A stretch of DNA of 64,000 nucleotides from an uncultured Verrucomicrobiota bacterium (GTDB lineage: Bacteria > Verrucomicrobiota > Verrucomicrobiia > Limisphaerales > UBA1412): positions 3,483 to 67,482 of the forward strand of contig CALXMK010000005.1 in assembly GCA_944389455.1 (NCBI GenBank), in the 5' to 3' direction. The notes under the pieces are model-generated. The model made no database searches, was not told the DNA's origin, and saw nothing but the letters and a program-made list of their open reading frames with translations. The position numbers and the translations under genes are program-made. This document shows positions 37,720 to 46,429 of the stretch, piece after piece (position 1 is the stretch's first letter; every line of letters begins with the position of its first letter).

Positions 37720-39845
37720 CTATCCCCTCCTCTGTTTTTGCCAGTATTTACAAGGGGTTTATCCGGCGGAATTGCCAGATAAGAAGCTACCCTTTCTGCT
37801 ATTCTCTTAAAAATAGGGGCTGAAACCGCTCCTCCATACACACCTTTTTGACTCGGTTCATCCACCATTACACTAATTAAAATCGTAGGATCTGATGCAG
37901 GGAAAAAGCCACAAAAAGAAGCATAATACTTTCCGGGCTCATAACCAAACTGAGGATTCTTTTCTCCTTTTTCTTGAGAATAAACCTTTTGTGCAGTACC
38001 TGTTTTCCCTCCCACGGTATGATACTTCATTGATGCCTTGATCGCAGTACCGGTTACATGCTCATTTCTCTCCGTCACTTTCTGCATAGAGCGAACCGTC
38101 TGCCAAGCACTCTTTTCGCTCACTACCCGTCGTATTGGTTGAGGTGATTGCTCATAAATATAATTTCCATTAGCATCTTCCAAATGATCTAAAATTTGCG
38201 GAGTCATTAAGATTCCACCATTGGCAATAGCCCCAATAGCCATTGTTGTCTGCAACTGTGAAACAGCAATTCCATGTCCAAAAGCTACCCGACTAATGCT
38301 TAATCTATCTTTATTAATCGGCCTGATGGCATCTTGGAGCCAAGTTTTTTCATCTGGCAGCATGATTCCCGTCTTACTACGATAACCAAACTTCCGAATA
38401 TACTCGTTCATCACATCTCGTCCCAAAATCCACCCAAGACGACCAAAACCGACATTTGATGAACGCATTAGAGCTTCTTCCAAGCTAATTACTCCAAAAT
38501 CTCTGCCTGCGGTACTCTCTCGAGGTCTCTTTCCCCATTCTCTTGGCCAACTAGAACAATCAACAGTCGCATCTGGAGTATAATCCCCGGCATCCAATGC
38601 CACAGCAAATGTCAGAACCTTAAAAGTAGATCCTGGCTCAATTAAATCTCGGATAATTCTGTTAGATCTATTCTGTTCTGGAAAATTCCCGGGATGATTC
38701 GGATCAAAATCCGGTTTCGATGCGTAGGCCAATATTCTCCCCGTTTTAACCTCTAGCACTACACAAGAAGCGGATTTAGGAGAATGCTCTTCCATCGCTG
38801 ACAACAACTCCTCCTCGACAATCAATTGAATAACCGCATCCAATGTCAGAACGGCAGTCAAACCATCTACTGGATCAAAGTAGTGTCCACGTTTGGAAAG
38901 CAGCTCACTCCCATCTCGGCGAATAACTTTTTCTTTCCATCCCACTATCCCTGTTAACTGTTCATCCAAAAATAACTCAATGCCATCAACACCGCGCATC
39001 CTCCGAATAGTAGCCCTGTCACCAATACTTTCTTCTTTTATCATAGTATACCCTAAAATATGAGACATAAATGCTCCATTGGGATACTCTCGCTGATAAT
39101 CTTTCTCCGTAAAAATAGCATTCTTTTTCAAGGCATTATAATTGAAACGAGTCTTAGATGTGTATCCTGGACACGTCTTCGGTGAAAACTCCAATTGATC
39201 TAAAGCATTTTTTACCTTCTCCCATTCCTCTACTGGAAATCCTTTCAACAGACGAACATAGCGATTCGTCAAAACCTGATAACTGGAATTTAATTTGGCA
39301 AACATCTGCATCCCATTCTCATCAACCATCGGTTCCCCATTCTCTTTACAAAGACAAACCCCGTAGACCGATTTTTCAGGAAGCCTCCCTTCAGATGTTG
39401 TAATCTGCTGATAAACAGGAAGATCCATAGAATTAAGTATAGGACTTCCGTGTTCATCTGTCACTCTTTCCCAGGTTCCACCAGAAATAGGACGGTAGAA
39501 ACGACTCTTCTCTATCAACTCTTCTTTGCTTAACGGCAACAGAGTAGACAGTAAACTAATAAAACGATCCTGTGTCACAGGATCTACCAAAGCAATTAAC
39601 CCTGGATCCATCACCACTGTTCGGACATCCCGTGTCATTGCCAATATATTTCCCCTGATATCTCGAATATCTCCTCGACGGGGTGCATAATACTCAACTC
39701 TATTTACTCTTCCTTCTGAAATTCCTTTATATTTATCATGCTGAATTGCCTGCACATAGAACAACCTGGATCCTAAGACACAAAAACAAAAGATCATAAA
39801 AATCTTCAGTAATTTTATGAAATTTAACTGACCTTTTCTCAACAT
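37716..39845 (-). CDS. ftsI: Penicillin-binding protein, class B transpeptidase (FtsI/PBP3-like)
   Basis: An N-terminal TM anchor is present, with SxxK (GSTFK), SxN (SSN) and KTGT motifs in the right order. The dcw position between ftsL and murE fits. Confidence 0.9.
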   Translation of the reverse strand: MLRKGQLNFIKLLKIFMIFCFCVLGSRLFYVQAIQHDKYKGISEGRVNRVEYYAPRRGDIRDIRGNILAMTRDVRTVVMDPGLIALVDPVTQDRFISLLSTLLPLSKEELIEKSRFYRPISGGTWERVTDEHGSPILNSMDLPVYQQITTSEGRLPEKSVYGVCLCKENGEPMVDENGMQMFAKLNSSYQVLTNRYVRLLKGFPVEEWEKVKNALDQLEFSPKTCPGYTSKTRFNYNALKKNAIFTEKDYQREYPNGAFMSHILGYTMIKEESIGDRATIRRMRGVDGIELFLDEQLTGIVGWKEKVIRRDGSELLSKRGHYFDPVDGLTAVLTLDAVIQLIVEEELLSAMEEHSPKSASCVVLEVKTGRILAYASKPDFDPNHPGNFPEQNRSNRIIRDLIEPGSTFKVLTFAVALDAGDYTPDATVDCSSWPREWGKRPRESTAGRDFGVISLEEALMRSSNVGFGRLGWILGRDVMNEYIRKFGYRSKTGIMLPDEKTWLQDAIRPINKDRLSISRVAFGHGIAVSQLQTTMAIGAIANGGILMTPQILDHLEDANGNYIYEQSPQPIRRVVSEKSAWQTVRSMQKVTERNEHVTGTAIKASMKYHTVGGKTGTAQKVYSQEKGEKNPQFGYEPGKYYASFCGFFPASDPTILISVMVDEPSQKGVYGGAVSAPIFKRIAERVASYLAIPPDKPLVNTGKNRGGDR

Positions 39846-39851
39846 GGTTTT

Positions 39852-40220
39852 CTATTCCTCTGATATCTCATCTCTGTAGATAAACTCTAATTCATCCACC
39901 TCTGGCATTCTCACAATTTGGGTCACCTGGGTAGGCATCAAATTCAAATCCATAAATTCTGCCCTTTTTAAAATGCTGGCAGGGGCCTTTAATCTTGCGA
40001 GTTCTTTTTCCAAGTTAGAATTAATCAGACGAATTCTAGCTAACTCGCTCTCCACTATTTTAATTTTCTCCCCCAGCGCATGATTATTCTGCTGTAACCT
40101 CAGATAAATAACTCCCAGCACTAATAGTAAAAAAACCATTCCTCCGATAATCACCGCTATATCTGAAAAAAATAAATCTTTTCGCGACCTCTTTCTTTTC
40201 TGATTCCAATTTCGAAACAT
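39852..40220 (-). CDS. ftsL: FtsL-like bitopic cell division protein
   Basis: 122 aa with a basic N-terminus, a single TM helix (IAVIIGGMVFLLLVLGVIYL) and a heptad-like coiled coil (EKIKIVESELARIRLINSNLEKELARL). The position between rsmH and ftsI fits. Confidence 0.65.
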   Translation of the reverse strand: MFRNWNQKRKRSRKDLFFSDIAVIIGGMVFLLLVLGVIYLRLQQNNHALGEKIKIVESELARIRLINSNLEKELARLKAPASILKRAEFMDLNLMPTQVTQIVRMPEVDELEFIYRDEISEE

Positions 40221-40232
40221 ATCCCTCTCTCC

Positions 40233-41168
40233 CTAAAGTTTTTCATATACTCGCAATTTTGCGCTGCGTGAACGAGGATTCTTTGCCAATTCCTCATCGC
40301 TCGGCTCTATCGGTTTGCGTGTTATCACCCTCAAAACAGGAGAACGCCAGCGTCTTAATTCCGGAATATCAACCTCTCCTTCAAAGATATAATCACGAGC
40401 CCAAAATTTTCCAAACTCCTTTACAATTCTATCCTCTCCCGAGTGAAAAGTGATCACTGCCAATTTCCCTCCAGACTTAATCACTTCAAGTAAACTCTCT
40501 AACCCTCGGCGAAGATGTTCAAACTCTGTATTTACCTCTATTCTCAACGCCTGAAAAACCTTTGTTGCAGGATGAATTTTCTTCCCCCGACGAGGTAACC
40601 TTCTTTCTATCAACTCTGCTAACTGTCGAGTTGTTCTAAAAGGTCTCTGTCCACGTTCTTGAACGATAATTCTGGCTAAGCGTCTGCTCTGACTTTCTCC
40701 TCCATATTCAAAAAAAATCCGGCTTAACTCTTCCTCTTCGTAGCTATTTATAATATCCGCAGCCGTTACACCTCCTCCTTGGCGATCCATTCTCATATCT
40801 AACACGGCCTCTCCTGAAAAGCTAAAACCGCGCTCTTTTTGATCCATTTGCATGGAGCTGCAACCCAAATCCAGTAAGGCCCCGTCAAATAATATTCCTG
40901 GGAATAGAGTTTTCACCTCTGAATAATTCCCATACCGAAGCTGACATCTCTCTCTAAAAACAGATTTCAGCCGTTTCTCTGTTCGAATCAATTCTTCACC
41001 ATCTCGATCGCACCCATATAAGATTCCGTCCGGAGAACTCTCCCGTAAAATGGCGTAGGAGTGTCCACCCCCACCGACTGTCCCGTCGAAAAAGACTCCC
41101 CCGGGTCTTGGTACGATCAGTTCCAGTGTTTCTTTGAGTAAAACCGGTTTGTGTCCTGAATCTTCCAC
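40233..41168 (-). CDS. rsmH: 16S rRNA (cytosine1402-N4)-methyltransferase RsmH (MraW)
   Basis: HKPVLLKE.LE.I....GG.F.DGT.GGGGHS and DLG.SS.Q.D...RGFSF are RsmH signatures. Confidence 0.95.
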   Translation of the reverse strand: MEDSGHKPVLLKETLELIVPRPGGVFFDGTVGGGGHSYAILRESSPDGILYGCDRDGEELIRTEKRLKSVFRERCQLRYGNYSEVKTLFPGILFDGALLDLGCSSMQMDQKERGFSFSGEAVLDMRMDRQGGGVTAADIINSYEEEELSRIFFEYGGESQSRRLARIIVQERGQRPFRTTRQLAELIERRLPRRGKKIHPATKVFQALRIEVNTEFEHLRRGLESLLEVIKSGGKLAVITFHSGEDRIVKEFGKFWARDYIFEGEVDIPELRRWRSPVLRVITRKPIEPSDEELAKNPRSRSAKLRVYEKL

Positions 41169-41220
41169 TTCCCATGAGATAACTTATAATTGTAAACCTT
41201 AAACAATCAGTCAAACCATT

Positions 41221-41604
41221 CTATCTATAGCTTGGGTCAACCTTCTTTAAAAATAAACGCTGCTGATCAGAATTCAATAATTGCCCCTCTACATAAATCA
41301 TCACATCCTGATAGGTTAAATCCCCTTTAAGCACCTGTATTTTTAAAATCTGTTCACGTCTTTTTTCTATGCGGAGCGCATAATAAAATTCAATCGCTCG
41401 AATTGGATGCAGCAATATCTCCCATATTGTTTTGCGTTCTTCTCGAATAGAAATTCCCGGATATAACATAGTCGTCAATATCCCTGACGAATTCTCTCCT
41501 CCTTTCGGAAGTGCTGTCGCAATTACATTATTATCCACCATTCGAGGTAAAGAATTATTCTTTTCTTCTGCTAACGCACTCTCTTCTCTGGTTCTCCTCC
41601 ACAT
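41221..41604 (-). CDS. Hypothetical soluble protein inserted between mraZ and rsmH
   Basis: A 127-aa ORF in the operon orientation, filling most of the mraZ-rsmH gap. It has no TM segment and I recognise no family. The start is uncertain, with internal Met codons at residues 22 and 46. Confidence 0.45.
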   Translation of the reverse strand: MWRRTREESALAEEKNNSLPRMVDNNVIATALPKGGENSSGILTTMLYPGISIREERKTIWEILLHPIRAIEFYYALRIEKRREQILKIQVLKGDLTYQDVMIYVEGQLLNSDQQRLFLKKVDPSYR

Positions 41605-41627
41605 AAAATTGGTTCTCCCTTCCCAAA

Positions 41628-42149
41628 TTATATTGAATACTCTATTTCATTTTCATCTTGTTGATTTAATGACTTCTCATACGCCTCATACTTAGAAGCA
41701 CTCCAAATACTGAAACGATCAACTTCCCCCTGAAGTACAACCTTTCCAGCAGCCTTATCTGAAGCACTCTTTTGTAAGATGCCCACCTTGTCCATCATCC
41801 ATGTGGGAAGAGTAATTCTTCCTGCTCCATCCATCATAACCGGTTCCGAACGAGAGCCCAAAAAACGACGCAGTTTTTCCGCGTTCGGATCTAATAAAGG
41901 AAGTCCTACTACCTTCTGCGCATATTGCTCAAATACCTCTGCCGGCATAGCCGTAATACAAGCACACCCATCCTGCCCAACTCTTGTCAGAGTCAGCATA
42001 AATTCTATCTCCATAATAGCCATCTTCTTGCCGCCTATTACTTCAGCAATAGGCCGCCACTTAGATGGAATTTGGAGGCGTTTTTTCGCATCTATATCGA
42101 AAGGATAAGTAGCATAAAAGCGCATCGGTCTGGAGCTCTCTTCACTCAT
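41628..42149 (-). CDS. mraZ: Transcriptional regulator MraZ (divergent)
   Basis: It has two SpoVT/AbrB-like halves, each with the D-x-x-x-R motif in context (DIDAKKRLQIPSKWR and MDGAGRITLPTWMM). It is the first gene of the dcw cluster. Confidence 0.85.
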   Translation of the reverse strand: MSEESSRPMRFYATYPFDIDAKKRLQIPSKWRPIAEVIGGKKMAIMEIEFMLTLTRVGQDGCACITAMPAEVFEQYAQKVVGLPLLDPNAEKLRRFLGSRSEPVMMDGAGRITLPTWMMDKVGILQKSASDKAAGKVVLQGEVDRFSIWSASKYEAYEKSLNQQDENEIEYSI

Positions 42150-42194
42150 GGCCGTGAACTGTTAAAAAAGTACAAAATCCCCTCCACCATGTCA

Positions 42195-42222
42195 ACACTT
42201 TACAACACTTTTTTTACACTTT
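42195..42222 (-). promoter_or_regulatory. Three phased AAAGTGT direct repeats (candidate MraZ operator) overlapping a candidate mraZ promoter
   Basis: The plus strand carries ACACTTT at 42195-42201, 42205-42211 and 42216-42222, with spacings of 10 and 11 bp, which is AAAGTGT in mraZ sense. The promoter-proximal copy runs into TTGACA (42190-42195, minus strand), followed after 17 nt by TACTTT (42167-42172). Confidence 0.5.
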
Positions 42223-42248
42223 CCCCCACCAACACTACAAAAACACAA

Positions 42249-42287
42249 CTATTCACAAGTTATTCACAATTTATACTTATTCACAAT
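42249..42287. repeat. Three closely spaced copies of a TTATTCACAA(T) motif
   Basis: CTATTCACAAG lies at 42249-42259, TTATTCACAAT at 42260-42270 and TTATTCACAAT at 42277-42287. More copies lie at 42391-42400 (perfect), with degenerate ones at 42342-42350 and 42429-42437. Confidence 0.8.
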
Positions 42288-42693
42288 ATTTTTAAATATA
42301 TCTTTCTTTTTATCAATGAGATACAAATCTTCAAGAAGATACTATTCACCTCTGTTTTCAGCTATTTTTCACAAACTCATCCACAATTAATTATTCACAA
42401 CAATTATTTATATAAACATTATATCAAATTATTCATATCTGGAGTTCGCACAGTGGATTCTAGAACATTTCAAATAAACCTTCTCATCTATTTGTTACTG
42501 TATTCTATCAAATAATTTGCTTATAACTCTATGAAACACTGTTTTTTGATTGAATAAAACATAGACTCTCGTTTTATAATAGCCGAGTGCTTAAAAGCAT
42601 TCTGCGAAAAAAGCATATTTTATTTAAGGAAATGAAGACTCTGTCCCTTCACTTGAACAGTGAAGGATTCGACAAGAGTTTATAAGGATAAAA

Positions 42694-43683
42694 ATGATTA
42701 GAATAGAGAATCTTATAAAGTTATTTGGCCCTAAAAAAGCCGTAGACAATATTTCGTTTACTGTTGCTAAAGGAGAAGTATTAGGTTTTCTTGGTCCCAA
42801 TGGAGCCGGAAAATCTACAACTATGCGGATGATTACAGGGTTTATCCCGCCTGATTCAGGCAGTATTCAAGTTGGAGACTACAATATCATGACCTCACCT
42901 ATTCCTGCAAAGCAACTGTTGGGATACCTTCCTGAAAACGCACCTCTTTATACAGATATGACGGTATATGGGTTCCTTAGCTTCACGGCAGAACTACGCG
43001 GATTGCGGGGAGCAGCTCGCAAAGCAGCTGTCGAAAAGGCTATTGATACCTGTTTTCTAGGGCAAGTAGCTCATCAAAATGTAGATACCCTCTCCAAAGG
43101 ATTTAAGCACCGCGCTTGCTTTGCTCAATCAATTATTCATGATCCGGAATACTTAATATTGGATGAACCCACGGATGGTTTGGATCCAAACCAAAAACAT
43201 GAAATCCGCTCTCTTATTCGTAATATGGGCAGAAGTAAAGCTATCATTTTCTCTACCCATATTTTGGAAGAAGTATTAGAAGTCTGCACAAGAGCACTTA
43301 TTATTGATCGCGGACGTATCGTGGCCAATGGATCCCCCTCTGAACTTAAGGCTATGCATCCTGATGCCGGCTCCATCATTCTCAAAGTTGATGGCGTGAT
43401 TGAAGCTGCTGTTAAAGATAAGCTTAACGCATTAAACTACGTCAAGAGCTTTGAAATACTTAAAGTTAAAGAGAACAGAGTTACCGCACGAGTCTATCCT
43501 AAGGAAAAAGGTTCTCTTTTTGCTGAACAGCTGGCCAACGATGCCAATCAATGTGGCTGGCGTCTTGAAGAACTTCACACCGATGAAGGCCGTCTGGATG
43601 AAGTGTTCCGCCAAATTACCCTGCCGGACACAGTCAAACAAGATTCCAAGAAAAAAGAACCAGTAGTTACGGTAAGAATCTAA
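42694..43683 (+). CDS. ABC transporter ATP-binding protein (ABC-2 / GldA-like)
   Basis: Walker A (GPNGAGKST), the signature region (LSKGFKHR) and Walker B (LILDEPTDGLD) are present, with a C-terminal extra domain. It is followed by an ABC-2 permease and a GldG-like protein. Confidence 0.9.
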   Translation: MIRIENLIKLFGPKKAVDNISFTVAKGEVLGFLGPNGAGKSTTMRMITGFIPPDSGSIQVGDYNIMTSPIPAKQLLGYLPENAPLYTDMTVYGFLSFTAELRGLRGAARKAAVEKAIDTCFLGQVAHQNVDTLSKGFKHRACFAQSIIHDPEYLILDEPTDGLDPNQKHEIRSLIRNMGRSKAIIFSTHILEEVLEVCTRALIIDRGRIVANGSPSELKAMHPDAGSIILKVDGVIEAAVKDKLNALNYVKSFEILKVKENRVTARVYPKEKGSLFAEQLANDANQCGWRLEELHTDEGRLDEVFRQITLPDTVKQDSKKKEPVVTVRI

Positions 43684-43718
43684 AAATTTTAAACTTAGGA
43701 AATATTAAAAAATTAATT

Positions 43719-44465
43719 ATGAATCTAGCTTTAAGAAATATCTATACAATTGCTAAACGGGAGATCGGTGGCTATTTTACCTCACCTGTCGCCTACGTCT
43801 TTATCGTAATCTTTCTTTTACTAGCAGGAGTCTTCACTTTTCCGTTAAGTGATTTCTTTGCTCGCAATGAAGCATCTCTCAATGCTTTCTTCGTCTGGCA
43901 CTGCTGGTTATATCTCTTTTTAGTTCCTGCGGTTGGGATGCGTCTCTGGAGTGAAGAACGTCGTTTAGGAACCATTGAACTATTACTAACAATGCCGGTT
44001 ACTGGATGGCAGGCAATCATGGGTAAATTTACAGCTTCTTGGCTCTTTCTAGGACTGGCATTAGCATTAACTTTTCCGATGATCATCACCGTTAATTACT
44101 TAGGCAATCCGGATAATGGTGTTATCTTCTGCGGATATGTGGGAAGTTTTTTAATGGCTGGAGCCTATCTATCAATCAGTTGTCTAACTTCTGCTCTGAC
44201 ACGCAGCCAAGTGGTAAGCTTTATTCTCTCTGTTGTAATCTGTCTTGCATTTATCATGGCCGGTTGGCCTCCCCTTAACACGATGTTAGAACAATGGCTC
44301 AGTCCTAATATGGTTTCTGCACTATCCAACATCAGTGTAATGACTCACTTCGCTCAATTTCAACGGGGAATCATCGATTCCAGTGATATTGTATTTTTCT
44401 TAGGAGTAATTTTCTTCTGCTTATTCACCACAGGTGTCATTATTCGTAGTCACAGAGCTGGTTAA
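43719..44465 (+). CDS. ABC-2 family transporter permease (GldF-like)
   Basis: 248 aa with about six TM helices. An N-terminal IAKRE...YFTSP.AYVFI motif is typical of this permease family. Confidence 0.85.
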   Translation: MNLALRNIYTIAKREIGGYFTSPVAYVFIVIFLLLAGVFTFPLSDFFARNEASLNAFFVWHCWLYLFLVPAVGMRLWSEERRLGTIELLLTMPVTGWQAIMGKFTASWLFLGLALALTFPMIITVNYLGNPDNGVIFCGYVGSFLMAGAYLSISCLTSALTRSQVVSFILSVVICLAFIMAGWPPLNTMLEQWLSPNMVSALSNISVMTHFAQFQRGIIDSSDIVFFLGVIFFCLFTTGVIIRSHRAG

Positions 44466-44515
44466 ACAATCAACAGAACAATCAAAAATATTAAAGAAAT
44501 AGAATTTATACAAAG

Positions 44516-46429
44516 ATGAAACAGAATAAGCATACATCATTTCTTTTCAGCACGGTTGGCATCATTGTAATGCTGATAATCGTTATCGCTGTTTGTACGC
44601 TATCGAGCTTTTTTAAAATCCGAAAAGATTTCACTCAGGACAAGCTTTTTACACTCAGTGACGGCACTCGGAACATTTTATCCGCCTTAGATACTCCTGT
44701 AGAATTGCGCTTTTATTGCACTCAAGGGGGTTCTGACGCGACGCAGTTATTTATCAAAAACTACTCTCGTAATGTTAATGATCTATTGAATGAATACACT
44801 AAGGCAGCAAAAGGCATGCTGACGGTTAAACGCTATAATCCAGAACCGGACTCCGACGCTGAAGACATGGCTCGAGCCGACGGAATAAGTGGCCAAACAA
44901 TCAGCACAGGTGATACTCTCTACATGGGAATTGCCATCAGCTGTTTAGACAGTACGGTTGCTTTGCCTTTCCTATCTCCTGCTCGCGAAAGGCTGTTGGA
45001 ATACGACATTACGCGTGCCATTGCCCGCGTTGCCTCTCCCGATAAAGTTAAAGTAGGGATTCTGACCGACTTGCCCGTCTTTGGTATCCCAGGAAATCCC
45101 ATGATGGGACAACAGGGAACACAACCCTGGACCTTCGTCAGTGAACTGGAGAGAGATTTCGAGCTTGTCTCAATGAACTCTACAACCGATTCAATTGATG
45201 AAGATATCCAAACTTTAATTGTAATTCATCCTAAAGATCTCCCTGAAAAAACACTCTATGCAATTGACCAATTTGTACTCAGGGGTGGGCACTTAATCGC
45301 TTTTGTTGACCCTCTGTTTCGATTAGATCCAGCAGCACAAGCTCAGCAGAATCCGATGGCACGCATAGATACCGCCTCAAATATGGAAAAACTCTTTGAA
45401 GCCTGGGGGATTAAATTTGATAACAGTTATATTGTAGCTGATAAAAACTATATCTCCACAATCTCCACAGGCATGGGAAGCATAGAAAGCCCCACGATCT
45501 TGAGTTTAACCTCGGAGGCCTTCTCTCCAGACTACGTAGCCTCTGCACAAATTGACAATGCGCTAATGGCATTTGCCGGAGGTTTCAGTGGTACCCCTGC
45601 TAATGGATTACAAATGAATGTACTCATTAAGAGTTCTCCCAACTCACAGCTTGTAGATAAAATCATGGCTGAAAACAGCCAGCTGCTTATGAAAAACTTC
45701 CAAATCTCTAATCAAGAGTTTACTCTGGCCGCCATGTTAACCGGCAATTTCAAAACTGCCTTCCCAGAAGGGACTCCACAAGAAGTGAATTCGACTGAAG
45801 AAAATTCCGAAAACACATCTGATGAAGAATCTCAAAAAACACCCCAAACTCCTGGACTGAAAGAATCCGCTAAGCCCGGCGCTGTAATATTGATTGGAGA
45901 CGTAGATATGCTTCATGATTACTTCTCCGTGCGAGTTTCCAATTTCTTTGGTCAAAGACTCATTCAGCCAATTAATGGGAACCTCTCACTAGCTCAAAAT
46001 CTGGTTGAACAGATGGCTGGAAATGAAAATTTGATTAACATGCGCAGCCGCGCCACCATGCGGCGCCCCTTCACTGTAATTCAGGAAAAACGGGTAAAAG
46101 CAGAAGAACAATACCTAAGTCAGCTGCAAGAATTGGAAAACATCCTTAATGAAACCCGTACCAAAATTAATCAGCTGCAAGAAGCCAAAACTGATGGCTC
46201 TCAACAGTTCATTCTCTCAGAAGAACAGAAAACTGAATTAGCAAACTACCGCAAAAGCGAAGCTGATACAGCTCGCAAACTTAAGGAAGTTCGCAAAAAT
46301 CTCCGCCGTGAGATTGTCTCTTTAGAGAACACTCTTACATGGATTAACACCGTCGGCATGGCAACTATTGTCATTCTGATCGGAATTATCATTGCTATTA
46401 TCAAACGTAAAAGAACTGCTGCAAAATGA
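44516..46429 (+). CDS. GldG-like ABC-transport auxiliary protein
   Basis: It has N- and C-terminal TM anchors flanking a large periplasmic region, plus a C-terminal coiled coil. The size and the position after the gldA/gldF-like genes match the GldG / ABC_transp_aux family. Confidence 0.8.
   Translation: MKQNKHTSFLFSTVGIIVMLIIVIAVCTLSSFFKIRKDFTQDKLFTLSDGTRNILSALDTPVELRFYCTQGGSDATQLFIKNYSRNVNDLLNEYTKAAKGMLTVKRYNPEPDSDAEDMARADGISGQTISTGDTLYMGIAISCLDSTVALPFLSPARERLLEYDITRAIARVASPDKVKVGILTDLPVFGIPGNPMMGQQGTQPWTFVSELERDFELVSMNSTTDSIDEDIQTLIVIHPKDLPEKTLYAIDQFVLRGGHLIAFVDPLFRLDPAAQAQQNPMARIDTASNMEKLFEAWGIKFDNSYIVADKNYISTISTGMGSIESPTILSLTSEAFSPDYVASAQIDNALMAFAGGFSGTPANGLQMNVLIKSSPNSQLVDKIMAENSQLLMKNFQISNQEFTLAAMLTGNFKTAFPEGTPQEVNSTEENSENTSDEESQKTPQTPGLKESAKPGAVILIGDVDMLHDYFSVRVSNFFGQRLIQPINGNLSLAQNLVEQMAGNENLINMRSRATMRRPFTVIQEKRVKAEEQYLSQLQELENILNETRTKINQLQEAKTDGSQQFILSEEQKTELANYRKSEADTARKLKEVRKNLRREIVSLENTLTWINTVGMATIVILIGIIIAIIKRKRTAAK

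Noticed and set aside
41925-42515. 196-aa plus-strand ORF spanning the mraZ 5' end and the mraZ/ABC intergenic region
   Set aside because: It overlaps mraZ antisense. It then runs through AT-rich repeat DNA and gives a low-complexity product (…FFTLSPTNTTKTQLFTSYSQFILIHNIFKYIF…). It has no recognisable domain, and the region is better explained as regulatory DNA.
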